Source: Candidatus Kuenenia stuttgartensis
GTDB taxonomy: Bacteria; Planctomycetota; Brocadiia; Brocadiales; Brocadiaceae
Length of the DNA stretch: 32,000 nucleotides
Direction of reading: 5' to 3'
NCBI RefSeq assembly: GCF_900232105.1
Contig: NZ_LT934425.1
Span: 4,374,154 to 4,406,153 of the forward strand
Shown piece after piece: positions 8,330 to 16,285 of this stretch (position 1 is its first letter; every line of letters starts with the position of its first letter). Below the pieces are notes generated by a model. The model searched no databases, was not told where the DNA came from, and worked only from the letters and a program-made list of their open reading frames with translations. Position numbers and translations under genes: made by a program.

Positions 8330-9019
8330 TCAGTCGTTTCCCATTTGCTTTTCTATGGAAGATAATGTTTTTTTGCTCTCTTCCATATCCGGATTGATTT
8401 CAATAGCTTTTTTCAGGTAATCAATTGCTTTACCTATATTTTGTTGGCGTAAAGCTGCAATACCTAAATTATGGAAGGCCCAAGCCTTATCTCTATTTGT
8501 CAGTTCAAGTTGAATAGATTTTAAAAGAAAACTTTCCCCTTCGGGCATATTCCCACGTTGAATATCAATTGTTCCCATTAGGAAATATGCCAAGCCGAAG
8601 TCAGGGATTTTTTTCATGAGACCCTCTGCTATTGCATAAGCTTCATCATATTTACCATCGTTAAAAAGGTTTCTCACGTTGCCAGCCGCCTCACTATATT
8701 CTGATAAATAAGAAACACCTTTACTTGCCGCAATCCTACCATCCGGAAGCAGTTTCGGTGAAGTAAGGCTAAGTTTGCCGACCTCAGCCTTTAACTCTTC
8801 AATTTTTTGATCTTTTTCTGTTACAGTCTTTTGATATTGATCAATTTTAACAAGAAGATCGTCATTGCTTTTAACAAGACCGTCGATCCTGGCATTCTTT
8901 TTCCCAATACTTTCCTGCAGTTGGGCCACATCAGCCTTAATACTAATATTTTGACCGACATAAGTAAGGATCGTGCCAACAGCTATAAATATGATCCCTA
9001 TTATTGTTATCAAATGCAT
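8330..9019 (-). CDS. TPR-repeat protein with N-terminal TM segment and coiled coil, cassette-borne
   Basis: Hydrophobic N-terminus, coiled-coil, then AYFLMGTIDIQRGN...AWAFHNLGIAALRQQNIGKAIDYLKKAIEINPD. Confidence 0.8.
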   Translation of the reverse strand: MHLITIIGIIFIAVGTILTYVGQNISIKADVAQLQESIGKKNARIDGLVKSNDDLLVKIDQYQKTVTEKDQKIEELKAEVGKLSLTSPKLLPDGRIAASKGVSYLSEYSEAAGNVRNLFNDGKYDEAYAIAEGLMKKIPDFGLAYFLMGTIDIQRGNMPEGESFLLKSIQLELTNRDKAWAFHNLGIAALRQQNIGKAIDYLKKAIEINPDMEESKKTLSSIEKQMGND

Positions 9020-9029
9020 GGATTTACCT

Positions 9030-9087
9030 CGCTAGCGTTTAAATCAGAGGCGCGGCTTTTTGCGTCCCCTGCATTTTTTTGTTGGGC
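9030..9087 (-). repeat. attC-like site 1
   Basis: Minus strand GCCCAACAAAAAAATGCAGGGGACGCAAAAAGCCGCGCCTCTGATTTAAACGCTAGCG: GCCCAAC fits RYYYAAC, CAGGGGACGC pairs with GCGCCTCTG apart from an extra base; starts beside the stop of the 9089 ORF. Confidence 0.7.
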
Positions 9088-9088
9088 G

Positions 9089-10057
9089 CTAACTCCACCA
9101 AATCAAATCAGATGTTGAGTATTCTGCCCCCATTTCTTTACTTGGTGTATATGCCTGTAGGCACTCAAGTAGAGACTTTGAAACACCATTGCCATATGGG
9201 TTTGATATAAAAACTTTGGGAGGATATTCACCGTCCCGTCCATAATCTAAAGGTCTGTCACCTGCAGCCCTCATTAATTGGTGCAAATGTCTAATTAACA
9301 CAACCCCATCTACATTTGGAAATGTATTTTTATCTGGGTCAAAGGAGTTTGGAGTAAAAAGACCACTCTTCTCGTGGAGTAAAGCAGAAATGGGTTCGTA
9401 AATAAAATCATCCCAGACAACGACAAGGACTCCACTGAACTCAGGATTTTCTTCTTTGAAAGGCCTAAACTTACTCTCTGCACTTATAAGAAAATCCTTC
9501 AAAGGATTATCGCGAGGGTAAGTAATTCCTTTTTCGGCATCTGGTAACTGCTCAATTTCATCATTTGTGAAATTTCGAGCAGAGAGCTGGGTCGGGTTGC
9601 TTTGTAGAATTTTGATATGCGAAAGCAAGGACGGTGCTTTAACTTCAATACCAAATGTTTTGCTTCCTCCTTCAATGTTCAACTCTGGTTTTTTTTTACT
9701 TGTTTGGGTTGTTGGTTCCCACTGAAAAATTGCTTCAAACGGCCACTCGTATGTTAATAATTTATGGATAACATGAAGTTCTGAAATTCTTTGTAATAAC
9801 TGTTCGTAGTGTGACTCATATTTTTCTCGCCCAGAAATGGATGCTATTGCATCAATAAATCCCTTAGCAAAACCGGGTAGTTTTTTATTACAGTCTATAC
9901 ATGCATTGACAATTGATTGTGCAAATGGATGATCAGAACCCCTACGGCGATAATCAAAATGATATGCGTAGTAGTGCCAATTCGAAAAAATTTTTGATTC
10001 GAATATGTGTTGATACAAATCATCTTCGGTAAGGGTGTCTTTCATTGTTTGGTCCAT
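9089..10057 (-). CDS. Hypothetical protein, possible PD-(D/E)XK nuclease-like fold, cassette-borne
   Basis: Complete 322-aa ORF; KKKPELNIEGGSKTFGIEVKAPSLL has a candidate acidic...ExK core (inference). Confidence 0.45.
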   Translation of the reverse strand: MDQTMKDTLTEDDLYQHIFESKIFSNWHYYAYHFDYRRRGSDHPFAQSIVNACIDCNKKLPGFAKGFIDAIASISGREKYESHYEQLLQRISELHVIHKLLTYEWPFEAIFQWEPTTQTSKKKPELNIEGGSKTFGIEVKAPSLLSHIKILQSNPTQLSARNFTNDEIEQLPDAEKGITYPRDNPLKDFLISAESKFRPFKEENPEFSGVLVVVWDDFIYEPISALLHEKSGLFTPNSFDPDKNTFPNVDGVVLIRHLHQLMRAAGDRPLDYGRDGEYPPKVFISNPYGNGVSKSLLECLQAYTPSKEMGAEYSTSDLIWWS

Positions 10058-10074
10058 TTATTTGTATTTAAAAC

Positions 10075-10150
10075 GCCCAACCATTGATTATCACAATCAA
10101 TTGCCCTGATAACTTGATAAAAGTACTATTATCAGGTAAAATTATTATGT
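10075..10150 (-). other. Candidate attI region / cassette junction of integron remnant 1
   Basis: Minus strand GTTGGGC (10081 to 10075) fits GTTRRRY and lies 17 nt before the first cassette ORF, between that ORF and the divergent intI fragment. Confidence 0.5.
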
Positions 10151-10203
10151 AAAAAATTACCTTATAATTTTACTTCATAGACAATATAGCTTAGGAGAAA
10201 AAG

Positions 10204-10568
10204 ATGTCAATCAAAAAAGAGAAAAGGTTGCTCGATGAAGTGAAAGATATAATGAGGCTTAAGCATTATTCCATCCATACAGAACGATCATACTGTGATT
10301 GGATTAAACGATATATTCAAAATACCACCGAATGACCAGTAGAGAGGATTTAAAGGACAGTGAAGAAAAAATAGAGCAATTTTTGATCCACCTTGCCGTG
10401 AAATCTGGCGTTGCCCCTTCTACCCAGAACCAGGCTATGAACGCACTTGTATTTTTGTACAAGAAAGTTTTAAAAGTATCATTAAAAGAAGAGATTAATG
10501 CTATACGTGCACAGAAGAAGATGAATATTCCAGTAGTCAAACCGATGGAGTCAAACCTTATCTATTGA
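10204..10568 (+). pseudogene. Integron integrase (IntI), N-terminal fragment, frameshifted and C-terminally truncated
   Basis: MSIKKEKRLLDEVKDIMRLKHYSIHTERSYCDWIKRYI then, after a shift near 10320-10332, MTSREDL...EQFLIHLAVKSGVAPSTQNQAMNALVFLYKKVLKVSL...PVV; catalytic domain absent. Confidence 0.85.
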
Positions 10569-10835
10569 CAAAAGAGTCGATAGCATAATCGCTCCGGATA
10601 GCTCTGTGAGGGACGATAGAAGGCAATTCTTGTTGAAAAGGATTCCTGTCTTTTAGGGCTTTCGCGTTATATCCACTTAAACCCTGTTAAGATTACTATG
10701 AAAAAGTGTTAAGGAATGTCAAGCCTGACAAAACAGAGCCATCAAAATCTTAAATGTATGATCGTTTTGGTGGAAAACACTTTATTGTCAATAGGTTAGG
10801 TTTGACCCCGCGAATTCCTCAGACCACCGCAATGT

Positions 10836-11141
10836 TCACATTGCAGAAGTGTAAACATGCACCTCTTCATCAAGGCGATTCTTTAATCTATCTTTTTCTA
10901 TTTCAAGATCATATCTTGCTTGAAGATTTATCCAAAACCTTTCTGAAAGACCAAAAAACCTTGATAGTCTTAAAGCTGTATCTGGAGTTACAGAACGTTT
11001 GCCCTGAACAATCTCATTTATTCTGCGTGCAGGTACATTAATATCTTTAGCCAGCCGGTACTGACTAATACCCATGGGTTTGAGAAATTCTTCCATCAGA
11101 ATTTCACCTGGATGAATTGGATCTAATATCTTTTTTGCCAT
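10836..11141 (-). CDS. higA: HigA family addiction-module antitoxin (HTH/XRE)
   Basis: IHPGEILMEEFLKPMGISQYRLAKDINVPARRINEIVQGKRSVTPDTALRLSRFFG. Confidence 0.92.
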   Translation of the reverse strand: MAKKILDPIHPGEILMEEFLKPMGISQYRLAKDINVPARRINEIVQGKRSVTPDTALRLSRFFGLSERFWINLQARYDLEIEKDRLKNRLDEEVHVYTSAM

Positions 11142-11150
11142 CGTTACCTC

Positions 11151-11432
11151 CTAATGATAATCTACTATTTCAACGTTGTAAGCATCTCCTCCACGCCATT
11201 CAAAACATATACGCCATTGATCATTAATACGGATACTATATTGCCCATTCCTATCTTTCGATAGTTTTTCAAGATGATTATTCGGTGGTATACGTAAATC
11301 CATCAGGATTTCAGCACCTTCAAGTATTTCAAGTTTTCTTCGGGCAGTTTTTTGTATATCCCGTGGAAGTTTGAGTGATATTCGACGATTGAATATTTTC
11401 TCTGTTTCTTTGCAAGCAAAGTTTTTTATCAT
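11151..11432 (-). CDS. higB: RelE/HigB family toxin
   Basis: [16 protein letters not shown]...[48 protein letters not shown]; 9 nt upstream of higA. Confidence 0.92.
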   Translation of the reverse strand: MIKNFACKETEKIFNRRISLKLPRDIQKTARRKLEILEGAEILMDLRIPPNNHLEKLSKDRNGQYSIRINDQWRICFEWRGGDAYNVEIVDYH

Positions 11433-11486
11433 TTATAAGATAGTATTGCATCTCGTTAATAATGTCAAACGTTATTATCACTTCTT

Positions 11487-11547
11487 TAACATAACGGGAA
11501 GTTCGGCGGCGCGGGTCAACGCGTCCGCGGTAACGCTTGGTTATAAC
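11487..11547 (-). repeat. attC-like site 4 (integron remnant 2)
   Basis: Minus strand GTTATAACCAAGCGTTACCGCGGACGCGTTGACCCGCGCCGCCGAACTTCCCGTTATGT: GCGGACGCG/CGCGCCGC pair with a bulge, outer ATAAC/GTTAT boxes; abuts the stop of the 11549 ORF. Confidence 0.65.
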
Positions 11548-11548
11548 T

Positions 11549-12370
11549 TTAATATCTCATTTTTAAATATTCAGTTACTTGAAATTTCTTCATATATGGT
11601 TTTGACCTTATGTCATTCATTAATTCCCAATAACAATGTTTAGCAAAATCACCCTTTATTTCGTCTGGATATGTGTAGTGATACCTTTTAATATCTTTGC
11701 TTGGTTCATAAACTATGGGGCGGTGGAATTCTGGTTGAAGATACTCATAGATACCCCACCTTATATTATTGAGAAACTCAGCTATCGCACTGCTATGATA
11801 AGAAAAGATATCATCATGAAACCATTGATAAAATTCTTCAATAATAACCAGCGCGTTATCATCGCTTAAAGTAATTCCGTTTCTATTGAATATTGTTTGT
11901 AACTCTTTTACTACCCCCGAAAGGCGGCTGAAATTATGTTTTGAGATATTTCCACAAATTTTAATAAACTCGACTCTTTTTATAGATAAATTGGTTTCTA
12001 ATTCTATTGAAGGGAGCCATATTTTTTCCACAACAACTTCTATTGAAAGCCATTGCCTAAAATCGCTGACACAATTTTTAAGGTTTTCGATTGAGTTGTT
12101 TTGTTCAAATTTGGGTGAATCACAAACTGATTGGAGAGCACTAAGATAAGTTGATTGTTCACCTAATACCTTTTTATCAGAACACGAGAGGAAATCGACA
12201 AGAATGATATTGAAAAATTTTTTATGGGTCCTTGACGAAAATTGAAATTGAGAATAAGGATCATTTCCTATCACGTTCCCTATTTCAAAATTAACCATTT
12301 CATCAATAAGCTCTTTGACAGCCTTAATAATAATCACTTCGCGTTCAGTATCGGTAAATTTCATTTCCAT
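11549..12370 (-). CDS. Hypothetical protein (273 aa), probable integron cassette ORF
   Basis: Intact ORF directly followed by attC-like site 4; no family recognised. Confidence 0.6.
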   Translation of the reverse strand: MEMKFTDTEREVIIIKAVKELIDEMVNFEIGNVIGNDPYSQFQFSSRTHKKFFNIILVDFLSCSDKKVLGEQSTYLSALQSVCDSPKFEQNNSIENLKNCVSDFRQWLSIEVVVEKIWLPSIELETNLSIKRVEFIKICGNISKHNFSRLSGVVKELQTIFNRNGITLSDDNALVIIEEFYQWFHDDIFSYHSSAIAEFLNNIRWGIYEYLQPEFHRPIVYEPSKDIKRYHYTYPDEIKGDFAKHCYWELMNDIRSKPYMKKFQVTEYLKMRY

Positions 12371-12384
12371 ATGTTATAACATGA

Positions 12385-12434
12385 ATTAGCCGTACTAATA
12401 GCCGTCTTATAAGACGGCTATTAGTACGGCTAAT
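12385..12434. repeat. Perfect 50-bp palindrome
   Basis: ATTAGCCGTACTAATAGCCGTCTTA|TAAGACGGCTATTAGTACGGCTAAT, 25-bp arms, no spacer. Confidence 0.9.
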
Positions 12435-12545
12435 ATTTTCACCGGTGACTTATTATACGGCTATTCGGGCATATAATAACGTTCACGAATATTTTGCCGG
12501 TAATATATCTTAAATTATCTAAATACTGCAATATTTTTTTTCAAA

Positions 12546-12870
12546 GTAAAAATTACCTCTAAGTCTAAACCTACATTACTTGATGAGGTGCATGATGCAA
12601 ACCGGGTAAAGCGCTATAGCATGGGAACAGAAAAGAGGTGTGTTAACGGGATTAAACGCTTTATCATTTTTCATGGAAAGCGGCATCCGTTACACATAGG
12701 AGAACATGGAGTCAGTAGATTTCTTTCTCGTCTTGCAATTAAGAAACAAGTGTCTGCTTTCACACAGAATCAGGCATGAAGCGTCATTGTATTTCTTTAT
12801 CAGGAAGCGCTTAAACAAGAACGCGGATAAGCTCTATTGTCTTGATACCGCTTCTGCAACATAGAGTTTT
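12546..12870 (+). pseudogene. Second integron integrase (IntI) N-terminal remnant with in-frame stop and truncation
   Basis: KSKPTLLDEVHDANRVKRYSMGTEKRCVNGIKRFIIFHGKRHPLHIGEHGVSRFLSRLAIKKQVSAFTQNQA*SVIVFLYQEALKQ; end approximate. Confidence 0.82.
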
Positions 12871-13051
12871 CTTGATATGATAACCTAAAAATAAGTCTCT
12901 TTTGTAGTACGAGTCAGGGAGAATGACTCCTTTGAGATAATCAAAAGAACATACACTAAGGATCTAAAACATCAACAGTGGTTTATGGAATTATATAACC
13001 ATTACCCTCTCGGGGGAGAGATACGTTTTCATTTTTCAACACAACTTCACA

Positions 13052-13336
13052 CTATTTATCCCTCCCACTTTTTTCTGATACCACAAAAGGAGGCATTGGA
13101 ATGTTTTTGATAACATCCGGCGATTCCCAATCATGTAACAAACTATCAAACATACACCTATTCTCGCCTCGAACATAATAAACACCTGGCGGCAAATAGC
13201 ACCCTTTATCCATACACATCAGGTGCCTCCTTTCCGGAAAAAAGTGGTAAAAAGTAATGTGTTTCAATACCGGGCAAAAAACGCGCAGACGCGGGTACAC
13301 TGGTACAGAACAAGAAATGTTACGCTGTCTGCGCAA
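13052..13336 (-). CDS. Hypothetical protein
   Basis: ORF only; the plausible core begins at an internal Met (MCMDKGCYLPPGVYYVRGENRC...). Confidence 0.3.
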   Translation of the reverse strand: MRRQRNISCSVPVYPRLRVFCPVLKHITFYHFFPERRHLMCMDKGCYLPPGVYYVRGENRCMFDSLLHDWESPDVIKNIPMPPFVVSEKSGRDK

Positions 13337-13596
13337 AAAAAGTCGGTAAAAGTTTGCCAGTGTACCTGGGTATCTTCTCTAAGAAACAATTCGATAAAGT
13401 AATTTGTTCTAATTCATAAAATTTTTTTAGAATTAACGAAAGCTAAATTTCCATCGCCATTCATTGTGAACAATTATAAGAATTCTCACGCCACCTTCTG
13501 TTATCCTATTTTTCTTTTTCTGACAATACTAATTCAAAAACAATGTAATGCAAGATGAATAGTTGTCAAAATTCAAGTTTTTTTAACACGATACCT

Positions 13597-14178
13597 TTAG
13601 AAATTTATTTTGGTTTTGGAAACCAGAATTAAAATGGACATGCCATAAGCGCACAAATTAATGGCCAAGACCAAGGCCATGTAAAGCATTCCTGCCAGCG
13701 GGAAAAAAACAAAAACTAAAACACCCATGATCAGAGTAACAATCCCGGCGATCAGCATCCAACCCCAGCGTGGAGAAGGGCGGAATGCAAAGGCCATAAC
13801 GATTTCAAGCGAACCTTCCAAAAGGAGAAATACACCGATCAGGATACTGAGTCCCATAAGCCCTGCGGCAGGAAAAAGCAGCATTATTCCTCCCGCGATG
13901 ACAGAGAGGATACCGGATAACAGCAATAGCCAACGCTCACGCCGTTTAAAAAACGCAAAGACCTGAAAACCACCGCTCAACACCAACAAAATACCGACCA
14001 GAATATTGATGCCAAGCGCTGTCGCAAAAGGCAAAAACGCCGCTAATAATCCGGAGAGTAAAAAAACAATGCCTTCAAAGATATACCAACCCCGCTGTTT
14101 TGAGATTTCTTCCTTACGCCTTTGTTTCAAGGCTCCAAGGTCAATTTCTTCTTGTTTAAATTCGTAGAATACAAACAT
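13597..14178 (-). CDS. hdeD: HdeD family acid-resistance membrane protein
   Basis: Repeated GI.LL..G...L.P....G segments, e.g. LLSGILSVIAGGIMLLFPAAGLMGLSILIGVFLLLEGSLEI; start reassigned to the Met (MFVFYEFKQEE) after AAGGAG. Confidence 0.87.
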   Translation of the reverse strand: MFVFYEFKQEEIDLGALKQRRKEEISKQRGWYIFEGIVFLLSGLLAAFLPFATALGINILVGILLVLSGGFQVFAFFKRRERWLLLLSGILSVIAGGIMLLFPAAGLMGLSILIGVFLLLEGSLEIVMAFAFRPSPRWGWMLIAGIVTLIMGVLVFVFFPLAGMLYMALVLAINLCAYGMSILILVSKTKINF

Positions 14179-14206
14179 GTTTATCTCCTTTCTGTATTGA
14201 TAGAGG

Positions 14207-15961
14207 TTATCTCCTGAAACGGATTTCTTTTTCCCCTTGGATTTCTTCGCTGTTTTCTTGCCGGGTTTGCTTTTTTTCCATGACAACCTCTTTCTTTTTC
14301 TTGTCATAGGAGATAACAACGAAATCACCGGGCTTAAAACTTTGCCCCAGCATCTTTTCCGCCAGACCTGCTTCGACTTCTGAGCAAATGTAGCGCTTCA
14401 GCTCACGCGCACCAAATTCAGGTTTAAATCCGATATCAGACAGATAATCGATCAGGCTATCATTAAAGTCCAGCGTGATCTCCTGAGCATGGGCAAGGCG
14501 TTTAACCCGTTCCATCTGCAGGGCTATAATATCTCGAATCTGCTCTTTGCAGAGAGAGTGGAAGACAATGATCTCATCAATCCGGTTGAGAAATTCCGGA
14601 CGGAACCGATGTAGCAGCTCATCCATCAATCTTGATTTCAGATCATCATAGGAAAGCTGCTCCTTTTCTTCTTTTCGGGAATTTTCCTGAATGAGATGAG
14701 AACCGATATTACTTGTGGCGATAATAATCGTATTGGAAAAATCAACCATGCGTCCTTTTCCATCCGTTAAACGTCCGTCATCAAAGACCTGCAACAGGAT
14801 GTTGCAAACATCAGGGTGCGCTTTTTCAATCTCATCCAATAGCACTACAAAATAAGGGCGTCTGCGCACACGCTCGGTGAGTTGTCCCCCCTTCTTCATA
14901 ACCAACATAGCCTGGAGGGGAACCTATCATACGCGCCACGGCATGTTTTTCCATGTATTCAGACATATCAATACGCACCATGGCATCTTCATCGCCGAAT
15001 ACCATTTCAGCCAATGCCTTGGCAAGCTCAGTCTTACCGACACCCGTCGGACCCAAAAACAAGAAGCTGGCAATTGGTTTACTGACTTCACATAAATCGG
15101 CGCGAGACAGGCGCACGGCAAGGCTCACAGCTTTGACAGCCTCTTCCTGGCCGATGACACGCTCATGGAGTTTTTCTTCCATTCTCAGGAGTTTTTCCCG
15201 TTCTTCTGCCGTGAGATCACTGACCGGGATACCGGTCAAAGAGGATACGATTTCAGCAATATTCTGCATTGTAACAACCGGCGTTTCGCTGCTGCGGTTT
15301 GCTTGACATTCCTTATCCTGTTCATCGACATGCTTTTTTTTGACTTCAATATTGGCATGTATTCTTTGGCCTTCTCATAATCCTTTCGTGTATTTGCGGA
15401 CTTTTCCTCTCGTTCCAGGGCCTTGACTTCATTTTGCATCTTCAGAATTTCTGATGGGCGAGAAGTTGCGCGAATACGCACACAGGAAGCGGCCTGATCA
15501 AAAGGTCTATCGCCTTATCCGGCAGATAGCGATTTGTCACGTAACAATCGGACAATTCAGCCGCCGCTGCAATCGCCTCATCTGAAAGACTGACCTTCTC
15601 ATGCGCTTTTTCGCGCAGCTTTTTGCAAAATATCCTTGGCATCGTCACTCAGGTAATTGTCCAGGTCTACAGACTCGCGGTCACCAAGATTTTGGTGTGC
15701 ACGGTGGGAGATATCCGATGGCTCATGACCAATAACACTGTCGAAAGGATCTCGGCCACCAAAAAAAGTATCAAAAAGTGAACCGCCAAACATGGATTCA
15801 AGTGGTGAACGGAAACCACAGCCGCTGCGGCCACCCGCTCGATGCAGCAATTTCTGATAATGGTCATCGCAGAGCTCTCTGGTTTTACGAAGGCCGTTTT
15901 CAATAACTTTTGCACGATAGGCGGCTGGTGCACTGCAAACATCAAATCTTCCGTTGCCCAT
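14207..15961 (-). pseudogene. ClpG/ClpK-like AAA+ disaggregase remnant: NBD1 largely deleted, multiple frameshifts
   Basis: N-terminus RFDVCSAPAAYRAKVIENGLRKTRELCDDHY...PLESMFGG; [28 protein letters not shown]; [16 protein letters not shown]; [11 protein letters not shown]; [14 protein letters not shown]; RFRPEFLNRIDEIIVF, spread over different frames. Confidence 0.88.
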
Positions 15962-16000
15962 AATATTAATCCTTTCTTTGTGTAGTATTAGAATTATCGG

Positions 16001-16038
16001 TCGAGTAGACGGCTTGAGTACGCCAGCCGTCTACTCGA
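16001..16038. repeat. Intergenic hairpin between S10 remnant and clpG remnant
   Basis: TCGAGTAGACGGCT...AGCCGTCTACTCGA, perfect 14-bp stem, 10-nt loop. Confidence 0.8.
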
Positions 16039-16155
16039 TCGAATTATCACATGTGCCGTTTACTCTTCTAACATATGTGGAATAATTTATTTGTCTTTTT
16101 GCCTTCTTTTGAAATATAAATATTTAACAAGCGATCATGTTTTTCAACCTTTATC

Positions 16156-16285
16156 TTAATCGGGATCGACATGTTCAGGTAATCTCATTGTACTTGTAAA
16201 AAACTGTGTAGCATCTTTAAACATACTATCAAGCGAACGCCGGTGCAAGTAAGGCATGTGCCCACCATGATATACTTTGAATTAT
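16156..16285 (-). pseudogene. 3' piece of the S10 carboxypeptidase gene, separated by the IS
   Basis: Minus strand translation IIQVYHGGHMPYLHRRSLDSMFKDATQFFTSTMRLPEHVDPD*, with the GGHM catalytic-His region missing from the 17856-19388 ORF. Confidence 0.82.

Noticed and set aside
10754-11041. + strand ORF of 95 aa
   Set aside because: Antisense to the well-supported higA gene.
13597-14328. Lysine-rich N-terminal extension of the hdeD ORF (MISLLSPMTRKRKRLSWKKSKPGKKTAKKSKGKKKS...)
   Set aside because: A strong AAGGAG and natural HdeD start lie at 14178; the extension overlaps the 3' end of the clpG remnant in another frame.
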